A stretch of DNA of 33,537 nucleotides, taken from Octopus bimaculoides (taxonomy: Eukaryota). Position numbers and translations under genes: made by a program. The stretch is taken from contig NC_068995.1 of assembly GCF_001194135.2 (NCBI RefSeq), forward strand, positions 8,081,938-8,115,474, written 5' to 3'. Shown here piece after piece: positions 1 through 11,750 of the stretch (within the stretch, counting starts at the first letter, position 1; each line of letters begins with the position of its first letter). A model generated the notes under the pieces. It ran no database searches and had not been told where the DNA came from. It saw only the letters and a list, made by a program, of their open reading frames with translations.

Positions 1-110
1 TATATATATAGATAGATAGATAGATAGATAGATACACGCATACATACATACGTATATACATACATACATACATACATACATACATACATACATACATAAA
101 TAAATACATA
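1..110. repeat. Compound microsatellite (TA)n/(GATA)n/(CATA)n
   Basis: Read directly from the sequence. Confidence 0.95.
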
Positions 111-303
111 AAGGGGAAAAGAAAGAGAGAGAGCATAACTACCGGTGTCACTACTCGGTATGTTTCTCATCTCGAGCTTGTGGATCCCTGCATTATGCGT
201 AAACAGCCTCATTGATTTGTGAGAGAAAGCTTGGGACTAAACTTGTACACACTATCAGAAGCTCTATATCTAATGCATCCTGTGCAAATCCTTCACACGT
301 ACC

Positions 304-374
304 CTACAATTTCTTCACCAAACTTGTATATAATATGCTTTTTTGAACTACTTTAGATATTGTCACTGAAGCGG
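304..374 (-). CDS. Candidate downstream/terminal coding exon of the minus-strand gene (T-ASVTISKVVQKSILYTSLVKKL*)
   Basis: Minus-strand acceptor ttaatttttgtatcag|CC. Only the phase-1 frame is open. It completes an ACC (Thr) codon with the 571-675 exon, then reaches TAG at 306-304. Confidence 0.2.
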
Positions 375-570
375 CTGATACAAAAATTAACATTTTGGCA
401 ACCAAAAATCGTATCACTTGTACGGAGCCTTGTTCTCGTTCTCTGGATGTATATTGGCAACTAATCGGGAAGTCATTGTTTCATTCGTGCTTTGCAGCAA
501 CACATATCGTCATGAAATAACGCTTGTTTTCTTTCAAAATTTACGGATATTGCTTTGTGCGAAATTTTAC

Positions 571-675
571 TCTTATATCTAGCAGGTCCAGCGAGTACGT
601 AGTTTCTCCCAACACTGCTGTAGACTCTTTTATATACCAATGTTATAAAGATTTCTGGAGCAAATACGAATGTTT
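571..675 (-). CDS. Candidate coding exon, C-terminal half of an FN3-like domain (K-TFVFAPEIFITLVYKRVYSSVGRNYVLAGPARYK)
   Basis: Acceptor tttatatcctgtctttccttag|, donor AGA|gtaaaa. 105 bp, phase 1-1, open frame. L-x5-Y spacing (LVYKRVY) resembles the FN3 tyrosine corner. Confidence 0.45.
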
Positions 676-1131
676 CTAAGGAAAGACAGGATATAAACTA
701 TTTCTATGGGGTGTTTTATGCCAAGAAATGCATCCAAATTTCCGTACTAAACGCACCTCAATTCCAGTAATACATACATAAAAATTCAATGTTTTAGTGC
801 ATCAAAGTATGTTGTTTAGGGCCTACTTCGAAAGTAAGGCACAGGGAAATATTTCTCAAACAAATTTTAGGAAAAAATACGCCCTATATGGCATCAAATT
901 CAGTTATTCAGACATACTTTCAGGTCTCTAGTCGCCGACTTTAATCATATCTTGAATTCTGTCCAGAAAGGGCCGTAACTCAGTATGAGAATCAATTTCA
1001 TGTAAAACAACGCCATTTAGTCTTACTATAACGTCTATTTTATCCGTTATATTACTAATAAATATATATGCACAATCTATTGTATAAAGATGCATGCACG
1101 ATCTATTGTATAAATTATACGAATTACATAC

Positions 1132-1296
1132 TTGAAATAGATGCAGAAGAGCTAATGTAAAGTGGCATTAATCGATAATATTCTATGGAGTATATTGGAT
1201 GGTCTGGATATTCAAATGAAAGAAAAACTTTGAATATTTTCGCATTGTCATTCTTTAATTTTGAATCTATAAAAGGTTCTGGCGAGAAAGTTATAT
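1132..1296 (-). CDS. Candidate coding exon, N-terminal half of an FN3-like domain (D-ITFSPEPFIDSKLKNDNAKIFKVFLSFEYPDHPIYSIEYYRLMPLYISSSASIS)
   Basis: Acceptor gcttatccgtgcag|, donor TCAA|gtatgt. 165 bp, phase 1-1, inside ORF 1124-1312. VFLSFEYP..PIYSIEYYRL resembles FN3 strands B-C. Confidence 0.5.
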
Positions 1297-1394
1297 CTGC
1301 ACGGATAAGCAATCATACAAACAGTAAAGATATGTTAACAAACACATAGACAACAAGAATACACACGATCAAACACATTATATTGACACCGATA

Positions 1395-1517
1395 GCATAT
1401 ATGTATATCTATATATATACAGATACATACATACATGCACATACACACACACATATATATATATATATAGATATAAATATATATAAACATACATACATAT
1501 ATATATGTACACATATA

Positions 1518-1603
<86 letters not shown>

Positions 1604-1800
1604 TGTGCACATATATGTATGTATTTACATATATGTATATACGCATGCATTTACATGTGTTTGCATATGTATATATATACACGTGTATATATGTCTTTAA
1701 ATATACACACAAATACATACTTTCATGCACATACACAAACAAACACACAAACATACAAATATATATATACTCAAATATACACAAATAAACAAACAAAGTG
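1395..1800. repeat. (TA)n/(CA)n microsatellite-derived low-complexity tract
   Basis: Long pure (TA)n at about 1520-1600 with degenerate flanks. Confidence 0.95.
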
Positions 1801-2159
1801 ACTGAGAGGGAGGGAATAATATATACGGACTCTTACAGTCATACGCATCCACTGCTAGGTGAACATTCGTGTGTAGATCTATGTAAGCGAGGGTATGTAC
1901 GAGTGTATGGATGTGTGATTGTGTGTGCGTGAGAGTCTGTGGGTGTGTCTGTGTGTAGAGATGTGTGTATGCGTGAAAAGGAGGAAGAGACGGAGAGAAA
2001 AGGTAGGAGAAAGAAAAAAACAGGAGAGAAACTGTGAGTTGCACAATACATGTGAAATATCGTACTTTAAACACTATTAATGTATGGGTGCAGCAGATAT
2101 CCACAACTGCCACATGCTTACACGGTTATCAATATACAAGTGTGCGTGCGCGCAGGTGT

Positions 2160-2448
2160 TTCTGGGTGTGTGTGAGTATATCTGTGTATATGTGTGTGTA
2201 TGTTGTGTGTATGTTGTGTGCGTGGTGCGTGTCGCGGTATACATGTACAGAGACATACATGCATATATCTGGATCAAAATCTGTACTGCTACAGACTTAT
2301 ATGCCAATATATGTGTATGTGAGTATGTGAATGTGTGCGTGCATGTGTGTATTTGTGTGTGTGTATATATGCATATATATGTATATATACAAACTAAGAT
2401 ATGCATATATCTATATGTAGGTTCTTTTGTTCGTGTGCATGCATATAC

Positions 2449-2498
<50 letters not shown>

Positions 2499-2740
2499 GT
2501 ATCTATCTATCTATCTATATATATATATATATATATATAGGCACACATCTGTATAAGTATATGTATGTATAAGTATATATATGTGTGTATGTGTGTTTGT
2601 GTGTAGGGAAGGCAGAAAAAAAATTTGAAACAGATATTAACAGAGGTGAGACGAGAATGCAAGAGAAAGAGTGATAGAGAAAGAGAGAGATAATGAAAGA
2701 GAGCGAGTGAAAGAGAGAGAAGAAGAGAGAGTGCTAGAAA
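2160..2740. repeat. (TG)n/(TATC)n/(TA)n/(GA)n low-complexity tract
   Basis: Read directly from the sequence. Confidence 0.9.
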
Positions 2741-2769
2741 GCCGGGGTAGAGGGTAGAGATGAGAATTA

Positions 2770-3130
2770 CGGGTGACGTGAAATGAAATGCAATTCTAGC
2801 GTGTTAGCAATGATGCTAATCTCTTTGGACACTATTTCTACTCTTGTGCGATAAGGGCGAATCAATCTCCCCGCCACTCTTCAAAAACTAATCAGTCGCC
2901 CCCTGAATTATCTCCCTTCCTCACCGCTCTTCTTCCTATGCACTACGTCCGTCGTCCCTCCCGCTACTGCAGGTGCAACCGTCATTTCTCCGTTATCGCT
3001 TGATCTTTTCTTCTTTCTCTTCCGGTTACTTTACTATTATTCTTGGAATAGGTGTTGCATATGCTTATTAGATTGCTTGTTTGACAGGCATTACAGATTT
3101 GTGGGTCTCCACCGGTTGCGACGAGGAATT
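2770..3130. promoter_or_regulatory. CpG-enriched promoter/enhancer-like patch
   Basis: About 16 CpG in about 310 bp. TGACGT (CRE-like) at 2774, GC box CCCCGCC at 2869, ETS-like CTTCCGG at 3019. Confidence 0.25.
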
Positions 3131-3998
3131 TTCACTTGTTGGATATTGAATTAGCAACAAAGTAGCTAAACATTTCATACGCAGAGAAACAAATAGAAAT
3201 CGAAACGGAATTACTGCATCAACATTGAAAATACCAGCAAGTTTTCAATGACTGGCATCATTAAGTGACAGATCTATTCATTACTGGAACCTCATTATTA
3301 ATTTTTGTTGGTTAATAGCGAGTTCACCACTCAAATACAATAGACTTAGCAAATATATATTTCATTACGTCCTTGTATACAAACATTTTTCTTATCTAGA
3401 TAACTTATAGGCTGTCTGTTAAACAATTTCATCTTTGCCGCGCATTTTCTGACAAGTACATCAGCTATAAATAGTTTTGCTATCCATTATCGAGTCAGTG
3501 GTTTGCAGTTCGTGCTAGAACACCTACTGCTCGTATTTACGTCACTGAAACGTTCATCAGCTGCTACAGTCTGCTGTCATTGCCAAATACTCCAACAGAT
3601 ACAAACTGGTGTAATTATCTTTTCTCTGGTAGCAGGAACGGCGGTACACAGTTTGTTGACGACACAAATATACAGTTTTGTGTTTAAAATTCTCAAAGGA
3701 AATTGTGTTCTTTTTGCCGACTTCAACTTAAATCATTACACTTGCGACACTCGTACAGAAATAATCTTGACGTTACAAGCGTGATATCATAATGGACAAG
3801 ACTGAGTATTTTGATTACAAGGACAGTCTTTGCGATGTGCTTCTATACAGTTTCCATCAGAACAATGTTATTCATATGGATTGCTCACTCGAAGGGAGAC
3901 ACAGTTAATCCATTTCCTCAAAACACCACGCAGGATTACGGTATGGAAGTGAACATCGTAACAAATCAACTATGATTGTGTCATTATAACGTGCACGT

Positions 3999-4214
3999 GG
4001 CGGCAAGCCAGCAGAAACGTTAGCACGCCGGGCGAAATGCTTAGCGGTATTTCGTCTGTCTTTACGTTCTGAGTTCAAATTCCACCGTGGTCGACTTTGC
4101 CTTTCATCCTTTCAGAATCGATAAATTAAGTACCAGTTGCGTAGTGGGGTCGATCTAATCGAATGGCCCCTCCCCACAAATTTCAGGCCTTGTGCCTAGG
4201 GTAGAAAAGATTAT
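3999..4214 (+). mobile_element. tRNA-derived SINE, family A (full length)
   Basis: Head GGCGGCAAGCCAGCAGAAACGTTAGC, box B GAGTTCAAATTCC, body TCGATAAATTAAGTACCAG, tail AGAAAAGATTAT. Homologous to copies at 7849, 19917, 21314, 21536 and 26656-27211. Confidence 0.9.
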
Positions 4215-5914
4215 AACATGCAAGTAAGTGGCTAAATATACTACAGATAAGTGGGCGATTAACCAGTAACTATTAGAAGGGGACTATCCGCCCCATGTGC
4301 CGTTTTTATGCGGTCGTTACATTTGGGACATCTGAATATGCTTATATAAGGACGGGCGGCAAGTGTTACCGCAAAATCAGGAGATAACTTGGCGGGCACT
4401 AACCATAGCTCCGCCACTGCCCTTAACGGAAACCCTAGGGTGAAAGGACGTTTATAGAACGTGTTAAACTCAACAGTAGTTCTACAAGTACAAGTACAAA
4501 GGAATCCAAGTTTCTGTCTACTCACTAAACCAAGCCGATTACAATAGTGTTAGCCACAGCTGCCACGCCGAGGGCTCGAAACACTATGATGGTATATGCA
4601 CATGCGTGCACATGTGTTCGTGTGTATGTGTGTACTTGTGTTATGCATGCCTGTCTTTTAATATGCAAATCAGTATACATGTATACACATACACACACAG
4701 ATAAACACACACACACACACATACACATACACATGCACACACATATGGTATTGTAACAGAAAAATCAGACTCACAGAAGCTAAATCTGTTGACAATCTCT
4801 GAATTCTATTTCGATATCAGATTAAAATATTTAACAGAATTATAAATATATTTTGTCTCTCTCACCCTCCTTCTCTCTGTCTCTCTTCACCTCTCCTTTT
4901 TTTATACGCACACGCGCACACACACACACACACACACACAGAAACAGACATATATATGCACACACACAAACACCACAAACACACAAGCACACACAGATAC
5001 ACAAACATACATATACACACAAGCCCACGTACGCACATACATACATAAATACATATCCATCTATCCATTCATATATATANNNNNNNNNNNNNNNNNNNNN
5101 NNNNNNNNNNNNNNNNNNNNNNNNNNNNNNNNNNNNNNNNNNNNNNNNNNNNNNNNNNNNNNNNNNNNNNNNNNNNNNNNNNNNNNNNNNNNNNNNNNNN
5201 NNNNNNNNNNNNNNNNNNNNNNNNNNNNNNNNNNNNNNNNNNNNNNNNNNNNNNNNNNNNNNNNNNNNNNNNNNNNNNNNNNNNNNNNNNNNNNNNNNNN
5301 NNNNNNNNNNNNNNNNNNNNNNNNNNNNNNNNNNNNNNNNNNNNNNNNNNNNNNNNNNNNNNNNNNNNNNNNNNNNNNNNNNNNNNNNNNNNNNNNNNNN
5401 NNNNNNNNNNNNNNNNNNNNNNNNNNNNNNNNNNNNNNNNNNNNNNNNNNNNNNNNNNNNNNNNNNNNNNNNNNNNNNNNNNNNNNNNNNNNNNNNNNNN
5501 NNNNNNNNNNNNNNNNNNNNNNNNNNNNNNNNNNNNNNNNNNNNNNNNNNNNNNNNNNNNNNNNNNNNNNNNNNNNNNNNNNNNNNNNNNNNNNNNNNNN
5601 NNNNNNNNNNNNNNNNNNNNNNNNNNNNNNNNNNNNNNNNNNNNNNNNNNNNNNNNNNNNNNNNNNNNNNNNNNNNNNNNNNNNNNNNNNNNNNNNNNNN
5701 NNNNNNNNNNNNNNNNNNNATATATATATATATACTCACTAATATTTTGTATTTTTTAAAAAAAACCTATGTATCAATATGTTTTTCAATGATTAATATG
5801 TTTATTCTTAAATATAGTATTCTCTTTTTATTACGAATTACTGTAACTAGACAAAGTCTCTTATATACATAAGCTCTGTTCCTCTGAAGTCTAAGACTTC
5901 ATAGATGGAGCTAT

Positions 5915-6338
5915 TTTTCTACTTTTCCCCTCTTTTCAATCATGAAACTGTGGTCATGCCTCAGACCCGTCTTCAAGAGCTTTTTTTAAAATACGTTTTA
6001 GTCGAACAAATGGACCTCAATATCAATGTCAATTTGTAAATCTTGGTATTTATTCCACCACTTACTTACTGCCGAACTAATAATTTATGCGGACGTAAAC
6101 AAACCAACAACGTTTGTCAAGCGGTGAGGGAGAGAAATACAAAGATACACTCAGACTCGCACATACATCCAACGAGCTTCTTTTCAGTTTCCGTCTGCCA
6201 AATCCACTCACAAGATTTTAGCCGACCTGAGGTAATAAATACTAGAAGGCACTTAACTAATTTGACACGCCAGGTGACTGAACCCCGAACTGTGTGGTTG
6301 GGAAACAAACTTTCTATCACACAGCCACGCATGCGCCT
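5915..6338 (-). mobile_element. tRNA-derived SINE, family C (CORE-like domain)
   Basis: Minus-strand head AGGCGCATGCGTGGCTGTGTGATAGAAAG..GGTTCAGTC. Collinear with the copy at 29829-30216. Confidence 0.85.
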
Positions 6339-6745
6339 TACTTCTAAATAAAATCCCACAAATCTCGAATCTGCTTCTCATGTTTCTCTTAGGCTATATA
6401 ACAACACATCAAGTCCTGAAATTGATATAACAATATGCATTTCCATTCGTTGCTCTAATTTCCAGTATGTTTATACGCATGAATACATTTGATGTGGTCA
6501 TGTGTGTAATTTGCAGCTAATTCTACACAAGAGCGCGCACACACATACATTCATACATACATGCATGCATACATACACACAAACACACATACACACATAT
6601 AAAGGAATGTATGGAAAACAAACAGTAAATAAAGACGACATATTTATCATAACTAAACGTTATACGTACATGCTCGATGCTTACTAACTTCCTGCTCCAC
6701 AATCATTTCGTTTCGCACTATTCTCATACTATAACCACACGCGCG

Positions 6746-6814
6746 CGTTCCGAGAACGGGTGCTGTGAGTGTTTACTGAGCGAAAACACCTAAAGCTCCA
6801 CTAGGCTCCGCCAG
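6746..6814 (+). mobile_element. SINE fragment of the 25251-25631 variant
   Basis: GAGCGAAAACACCTAAAGCTCCACTAGGCTCCG matches GAGCGAAAACACCTAAAACTCCACGAGGCTCCG at about 25344. Confidence 0.75.
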
Positions 6815-7048
6815 ATACACGCAAACTCACACAAAACTTACACTCAAGTACGCACACTCAGACACACACAGACACATTTAGGTACGTTTAATTTTATATA
6901 TTCATATATATNNNNNNNNNNNNNNNNNNNNNNNNNNNNNNNNNNNNNNNNNNNNNNNNNNNNNNNNNNNNNNNNNNNNNNNNNNNNNNNNNNNNNNNNN
7001 NNNNNNNNNNNNNNNNNNNNNNNNNNNNNNNNNNNNNNNNNNNNNNNN

Positions 7049-7080
<32 letters not shown>

Positions 7081-7848
7081 TAATATGGAATATATGTCAA
7101 CAAATTATAATTATATAAAAATTGTAAAATATAAAACCAACAAATCCTTATATAAAAAAAAGTAGTCTCTTACGTTTGTAGCGATTTATAATTAAATATA
7201 AATTTAGGAAATATTAACTTAATTGTTTCAGCCATTTTGTGAAAAATATATGCAATATTTTTACACCCGATATAATTGGAAATATATACAACAAATCAAA
7301 TGCTACTTGCAAACAAACAAATATTTTAAAGAAAGTGTATTTATTTGTTTCAGACATTATGTAAGAAATAGCTGCTAACAGGAAATTAGAATACAGTGTT
7401 AAAATGCTCGAGTTCATGAGTAGAAAGGATGGCAATCATTATTAGAGAATGAGCAATACACACAGATACAGGCACACACAATTATTTAAATATATGTATA
7501 AGGTAACTGTTTATTTAAGAGCTCAGTATACTTCAATATACTTCAAATGTTGTCTGTACAGAGATTTTGCACAAAATTATGACGTGAGAACATAAGCTCA
7601 CAGTTTTCGTATTTATTACGTCTAGTCTAAACTTTGAAATGAGATAAAACAAAGAAAACCAAAAGAAAAAAAGAAAAAAATTGCCGCATGCATCTTCATT
7701 CTTATTCTTTCAGGTATTTAATCTCAGCAAATGTTATGAATAATGGATTCTATTCCTCGTAATATGTTTCCTCTAGGCGAGACTTTGATATTGTCTACCA
7801 TGTCTTGGGCTCTTGTGGCCAATAAAAGAAATCATCATCGTCATTATT

Positions 7849-8080
7849 GAGCTGGCAGAATCGTTAACGCGCTGGACGAAATTCTTAGCGGTATTTCGCC
7901 CATCGCTACGTTCTGAGTTCAAATTCTACCGCGGTCAACTTTGCCTTTCATCCATTTTGGGATCGATAAAATAAGTACCAGTGAAACACTGAGGTCGATA
8001 TAATCGACTCATCCCTCTCCCAAAATATCTGCCCTTGTGGAAAAATTGAAACCATTATTATTATTATTATTATTATTATT
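7849..8080 (+). mobile_element. tRNA-derived SINE, family A, with (ATT)n tail
   Basis: GAGCTGGCAGAATCGTTAAC head, GAGTTCAAATTC box B, TCGATAAAATAAGTACCAG body, (ATT)n at 8053-8080. Confidence 0.9.
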
Positions 8081-8086
8081 TAAAAA

Positions 8087-8598
8087 TTTTTTTTTTTTTT
8101 CATTTTCACAGGTTTTGTTGGAGCAACCGGAGTCTGGCATGCGTAGCGGGTTTGCAGTCTATGGTAACATGCTATTCATTTTTTCAGCTATCTAATTCTT
8201 TCCTGATTATTCTGCCTGTGCCAAGGAGGCAAGACCTTTGTAAGACTTCTACTGGGCACTCGATCCCAATTTCCTTTATATTCCTCTTGATGCATTCTGA
8301 TACTGTTACCAAGGGCCCAACAATAATTAGCACTATCTTCACCTTCTTCATTTTCCATAACCAGGCTATTTCTTACTTAAGAGAGTTGTATCTATCTATC
8401 TTTTTGTTTTCGTTCTTGACTATTCGTGGGTCAAAGGGGCATTCAACACCAACTATATAGCATATGTGGTGCACCTTGTCCACCACCACTAGGTCCGGTC
8501 TAGCACCTGATATGCTTGGATTGAGAAATCCCTGAAGATTTTGCTAATGTCCGACTCTGCCTCTGTCTGCGGTTTGTGCTCATATCACACCCTGCCAC

Positions 8599-8599
<1 letters not shown>
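8087..8599 (-). mobile_element. 5'-truncated R4/Dong-clade non-LTR retrotransposon: RLE endonuclease C-terminus, 3' UTR and poly(A)
   Basis: Manual translation: *YEHKPQTEAESDISKIFRDFSIQ (frameshift) ARPDLVVVDKVHHICYIVGVECPFDPRIVKNENKKIDRYNSLK*EIAWLWKMKKVKIVLIIVGPLVTV...LQRSCLLGTGRIIRKELDS* (stop 8186-8184). This has the PD..D(here G)-motif RLE pattern. Poly(A) at 8087-8100, (TAA)n on both sides. Confidence 0.9.
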
Positions 8600-8639
<40 letters not shown>

Positions 8640-8654
8640 TATTATTATTATTAT
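8600..8654. repeat. (ATT)n microsatellite
   Basis: Read directly; abuts the 5'-truncation point of the RLE element. Confidence 0.95.
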
Positions 8655-9023
8655 CTCTTTCTTTGATGTAAAGCATCACCTGATTGTCTGTGATGTAACT
8701 AGCCATCTGATAGTGTCCTCCATATCTTGGGATATCCGGAGGAGATACAGTACAACCGTTTCAAGCAGCTCTATTTAATTGAACAATACAATCATTAAAT
8801 CAATTCAATGCAGAGATATCCAATTGAAACGATCGTATTGCATCACCTCTGAATATCCTGTTGCTTATTTTGATTTTATCCACCTTATTTTGAAATTGTA
8901 CGGATAATACTGCACTAATTTTTGGTGCCTCAACTTAAGTACCCAATACATCTTAATCTCTATTTTGTACCTCATACATACATACATACAAACATACATA
9001 CATACACACGCACACACACACAC

Positions 9024-9073
<50 letters not shown>

Positions 9074-9983
9074 NNNNNNNNNNNNNNNNNNNNNNNNNNN
9101 NNNNNNNNNNNNNNNNNNNNNNNNNNNNNNNNNNNNNNNNNNNNNNNNNNNNNNNNNNNNNNNNNNNNNNNNNNNNNNNNNNNNNNNNNNNNNNNNNNNN
9201 NNNNNNNNNNNNNNNNNNNNNNNNNNNNNNNNNNNNNNNNNNNNNNNNNNNNNNNNNNNNNNNNNNNNNNNNNNNNNNNNNNNNNNNNNNNNNNNNNNNN
9301 NNNNNNNNNNNNNNNNNNNNNNNNNNNNNNNNNNNNNNNNNNNNNNNNNNNNNNNNNNNNNNNNNNNNNNNNNNNNNNNNNNNNNNNNNNNNNNNNNNNN
9401 NNNNNNNNNNNNNNNNNNNNNNNNNNNNNNNNNNNNNNNNNNNNNNNNNNNNNNNNNNNNNNNNNNNNNNNNNNNNNNNNNNNNNNATATATATATATAT
9501 TTGTCCAAAATCACAGAGTAGGAGTAGAACGGAGTAGGAGAAAAAGTGGTATAATTGAGGGAAGAGGAGAGAACGTTGTAATTCGGTGAAGGAAATGTAG
9601 TGAGAGTAATAGCTCTGACTGACAGAGAGCGAAAGAAAGTAATAGCAATGACAGAAAGTAAGGGGTGATAGAGGAATAAGGAAGCACGGGATGAAAATAG
9701 ATCAGCATTTCAACTCTGCACAGTATGAGTATGTGTGTGTGTATATAAAAGGGAGATATGTGAATGCTTGTGTGTGTGTGTGTGTGTGTGTATGTGTGTG
9801 CATGTACAAAGGAAGTATGTGAACGTTTGTATGTGTGATTATTATTTACCTTATTTTGTAACTTATTTATATATAAAATACCACAGTTAGCTGTCATTTT
9901 TGATGGAACAGGGTCAGCCAGTATTATTATAAATACCCCTTGACACACATACAAACACACACACAGAAACACTCACATATATA

Positions 9984-10101
9984 CGAAGAGGGGTGATGAA
10001 TTGTTCATACCTGTAAGTAAAAGAATATACAGTAGGATCGGCTAATTATAATTTTATTCGACATATTTTCCTCTCAGATTCACACACTTATTGCAGTGGT
10101 C

Positions 10102-10103
<2 letters not shown>
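9984..10103 (-). mobile_element. Mariner transposon 3' end: transposase C-terminus and terminal inverted repeat
   Basis: Minus strand encodes DHCNKCVNLRGKYVE* (stop 10056-10054), a mariner-type C-terminus. It ends in the TIR-like TA|CGAAGAGGGGTGATGAATTGTTC and is cut off at a (CTAT)n tract. Confidence 0.75.
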
Positions 10104-10155
<52 letters not shown>

Positions 10156-11129
10156 GTCTGTCTGTCTGTCTGCCTGTCTGTCTGTCTATCTATTTATCTA
10201 TCTATCTATGCGGTTGTCTGTCTATCTGTAGCAACGCACATATGTATGTATGCATGTATGTATGTATATGCATATATACATGTGTTTGTAGACATTCGCT
10301 TTATAAGAGCATAAAAGGATACCTATATATGTATATTTATTTCTGCTGATATTCTTGGGAAAATTTTTTTTACGCAGTATTCATTGTTCCTTTAGAGATG
10401 ATATATTTGAAGGATTGGATGTTATATAAAATAGATTCCCGCATTGAAGTAGATATTTCTCAGGATAAAAACAATTATTTTTGAAAGAATGTAATGCTTG
10501 AAATATATCTGGTTCTCTAATTCTACAGGCTCAAATCTTTCAGACAGCGAATTCGGTCAAAGTGACCTCCCTTTTGTTTAGGTTTTAATCTCAGAATGCT
10601 TAGGGCGTTGCCCTCAATATATGATGCATTTCCGCAATGCTAAATTTACATCTGCATGTTCCATTGTTGTATGGTATTCTTTCTTAAACATTTTGCATAC
10701 TCTGACTTCTTTTCTTATGTGGTACTACGTATCTGGCCAAAAATGTTTCAGAATTAAGAGAATACGATCTCAAGACTGAATGACTGGACATGATTTGTGT
10801 ATCTGTGCTAAGCGAGTATAAGCTGATTCTTTAGAGACAATACTATCACTTGTTCCAGACAGACACCTTACATAGTAATTTTATATGAATTGACATGTAA
10901 GGAAATGTTTATGCAATCTAGTATCTACTGCATGTTTGAGGCTTCTCATGGTTATATTAATGAACTCATTTGCATTTCATACAGTTTTCACAAAATAAGA
11001 ATTTGGAAACGGATTCTATTACTTTTCAATTTATATGAAGAAACTTTACATATATACAATATATTTACCCTTCAGCATCTTATGTTATATATGCCCACAT
11101 GAATGTATAGATGCCTACATACATACATA

Positions 11130-11715
11130 TTGGGGTATCCCATAAGTAATGTCTTTTTCAATACTTCTTTTATGTTTCAAAATTAAGATAGACAAAGTCC
11201 TTGTTTTAATCTAAAATATACTCTTCATTTTCTACAATGCTCTTCTATCTATCTGGTAGACTTGCGAGGCCTCTCTTCCCAAATTCACTAATCCGTGACG
11301 AAAAATACTCCTCCGTTACTGTTCTGACTTCGTCTACAGAATTCATATTTTTTCTGTCCAAATGATTTTGAAGGCTGTAGAATAAATGATAATGGCCGAG
11401 CATTATCCTGATGGAAGGACACTTTTCGTCTTGAAACTAAAGGTGATCGTTTTTCTCCTAGTGCTGACTTAAGCGGTTCAAGTTGCTCACAGAAGATCTC
11501 CTTTGTTATCGTTTGGTTTAAAAGTTGAAAGTATATTGAACATTTCATATCCCACCAAACAGATAATAACATCTTACATGGTATTTCTGAGGAGACGGTA
11601 TTTCTCCTTTCCCTACCCACTGTCTTCGGCGCTTGACATTTTTATAGAGAACCCATTTCTCATCACCAGTCACTATACGGTCCCAAAACGTTTTATTCGT
11701 GAGACGTGACAGTAA
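11130..11715 (-). mobile_element. Mariner (DD34D) transposase pseudogene, 3' half with right TIR
   Basis: FWDRIVTGDEKWVLYKNVKRRRQW, MLLSVWWD, FHQDNARP and the C-terminus EFGKRGLASLPDR*KSIVENEEYILD*. Frameshifted; the YSPDLAPSDY block is deleted. TIR TA|TTGGGGTATCCCATAAGTAATGTC at 11128-11153. Confidence 0.93.
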
Positions 11716-11750
11716 TACATACATACATACATACATACATACATACACAT

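Noticed and set aside
1335-2572. Long ORFs rich in YI/CV/HT/LS dipeptides here and throughout the window, and poly-I/N/M/T ORFs
   Set aside because: They are translations of (TA)n, (TG)n, (TATC)n and trinucleotide microsatellites, which lack stops in some frames.
3475-3784. + strand open frames, including WFAVRART (FN3 F-strand-like)
   Set aside because: Wrong strand for the inferred gene, no convincing splice sites, and no further FN3 pattern.
6342-6415. Exon-like segment with good minus-strand acceptor and GTAAGG donor
   Set aside because: All three frames contain stops, and the donor overlaps a SINE head.
7214-7435. Hydrophobic ORF resembling a GPCR transmembrane helix (FFKIFVCLQVAFDLL)
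   Set aside because: T-rich DNA produces F/I/L-rich peptides by composition; there are no other helices or conserved motifs.
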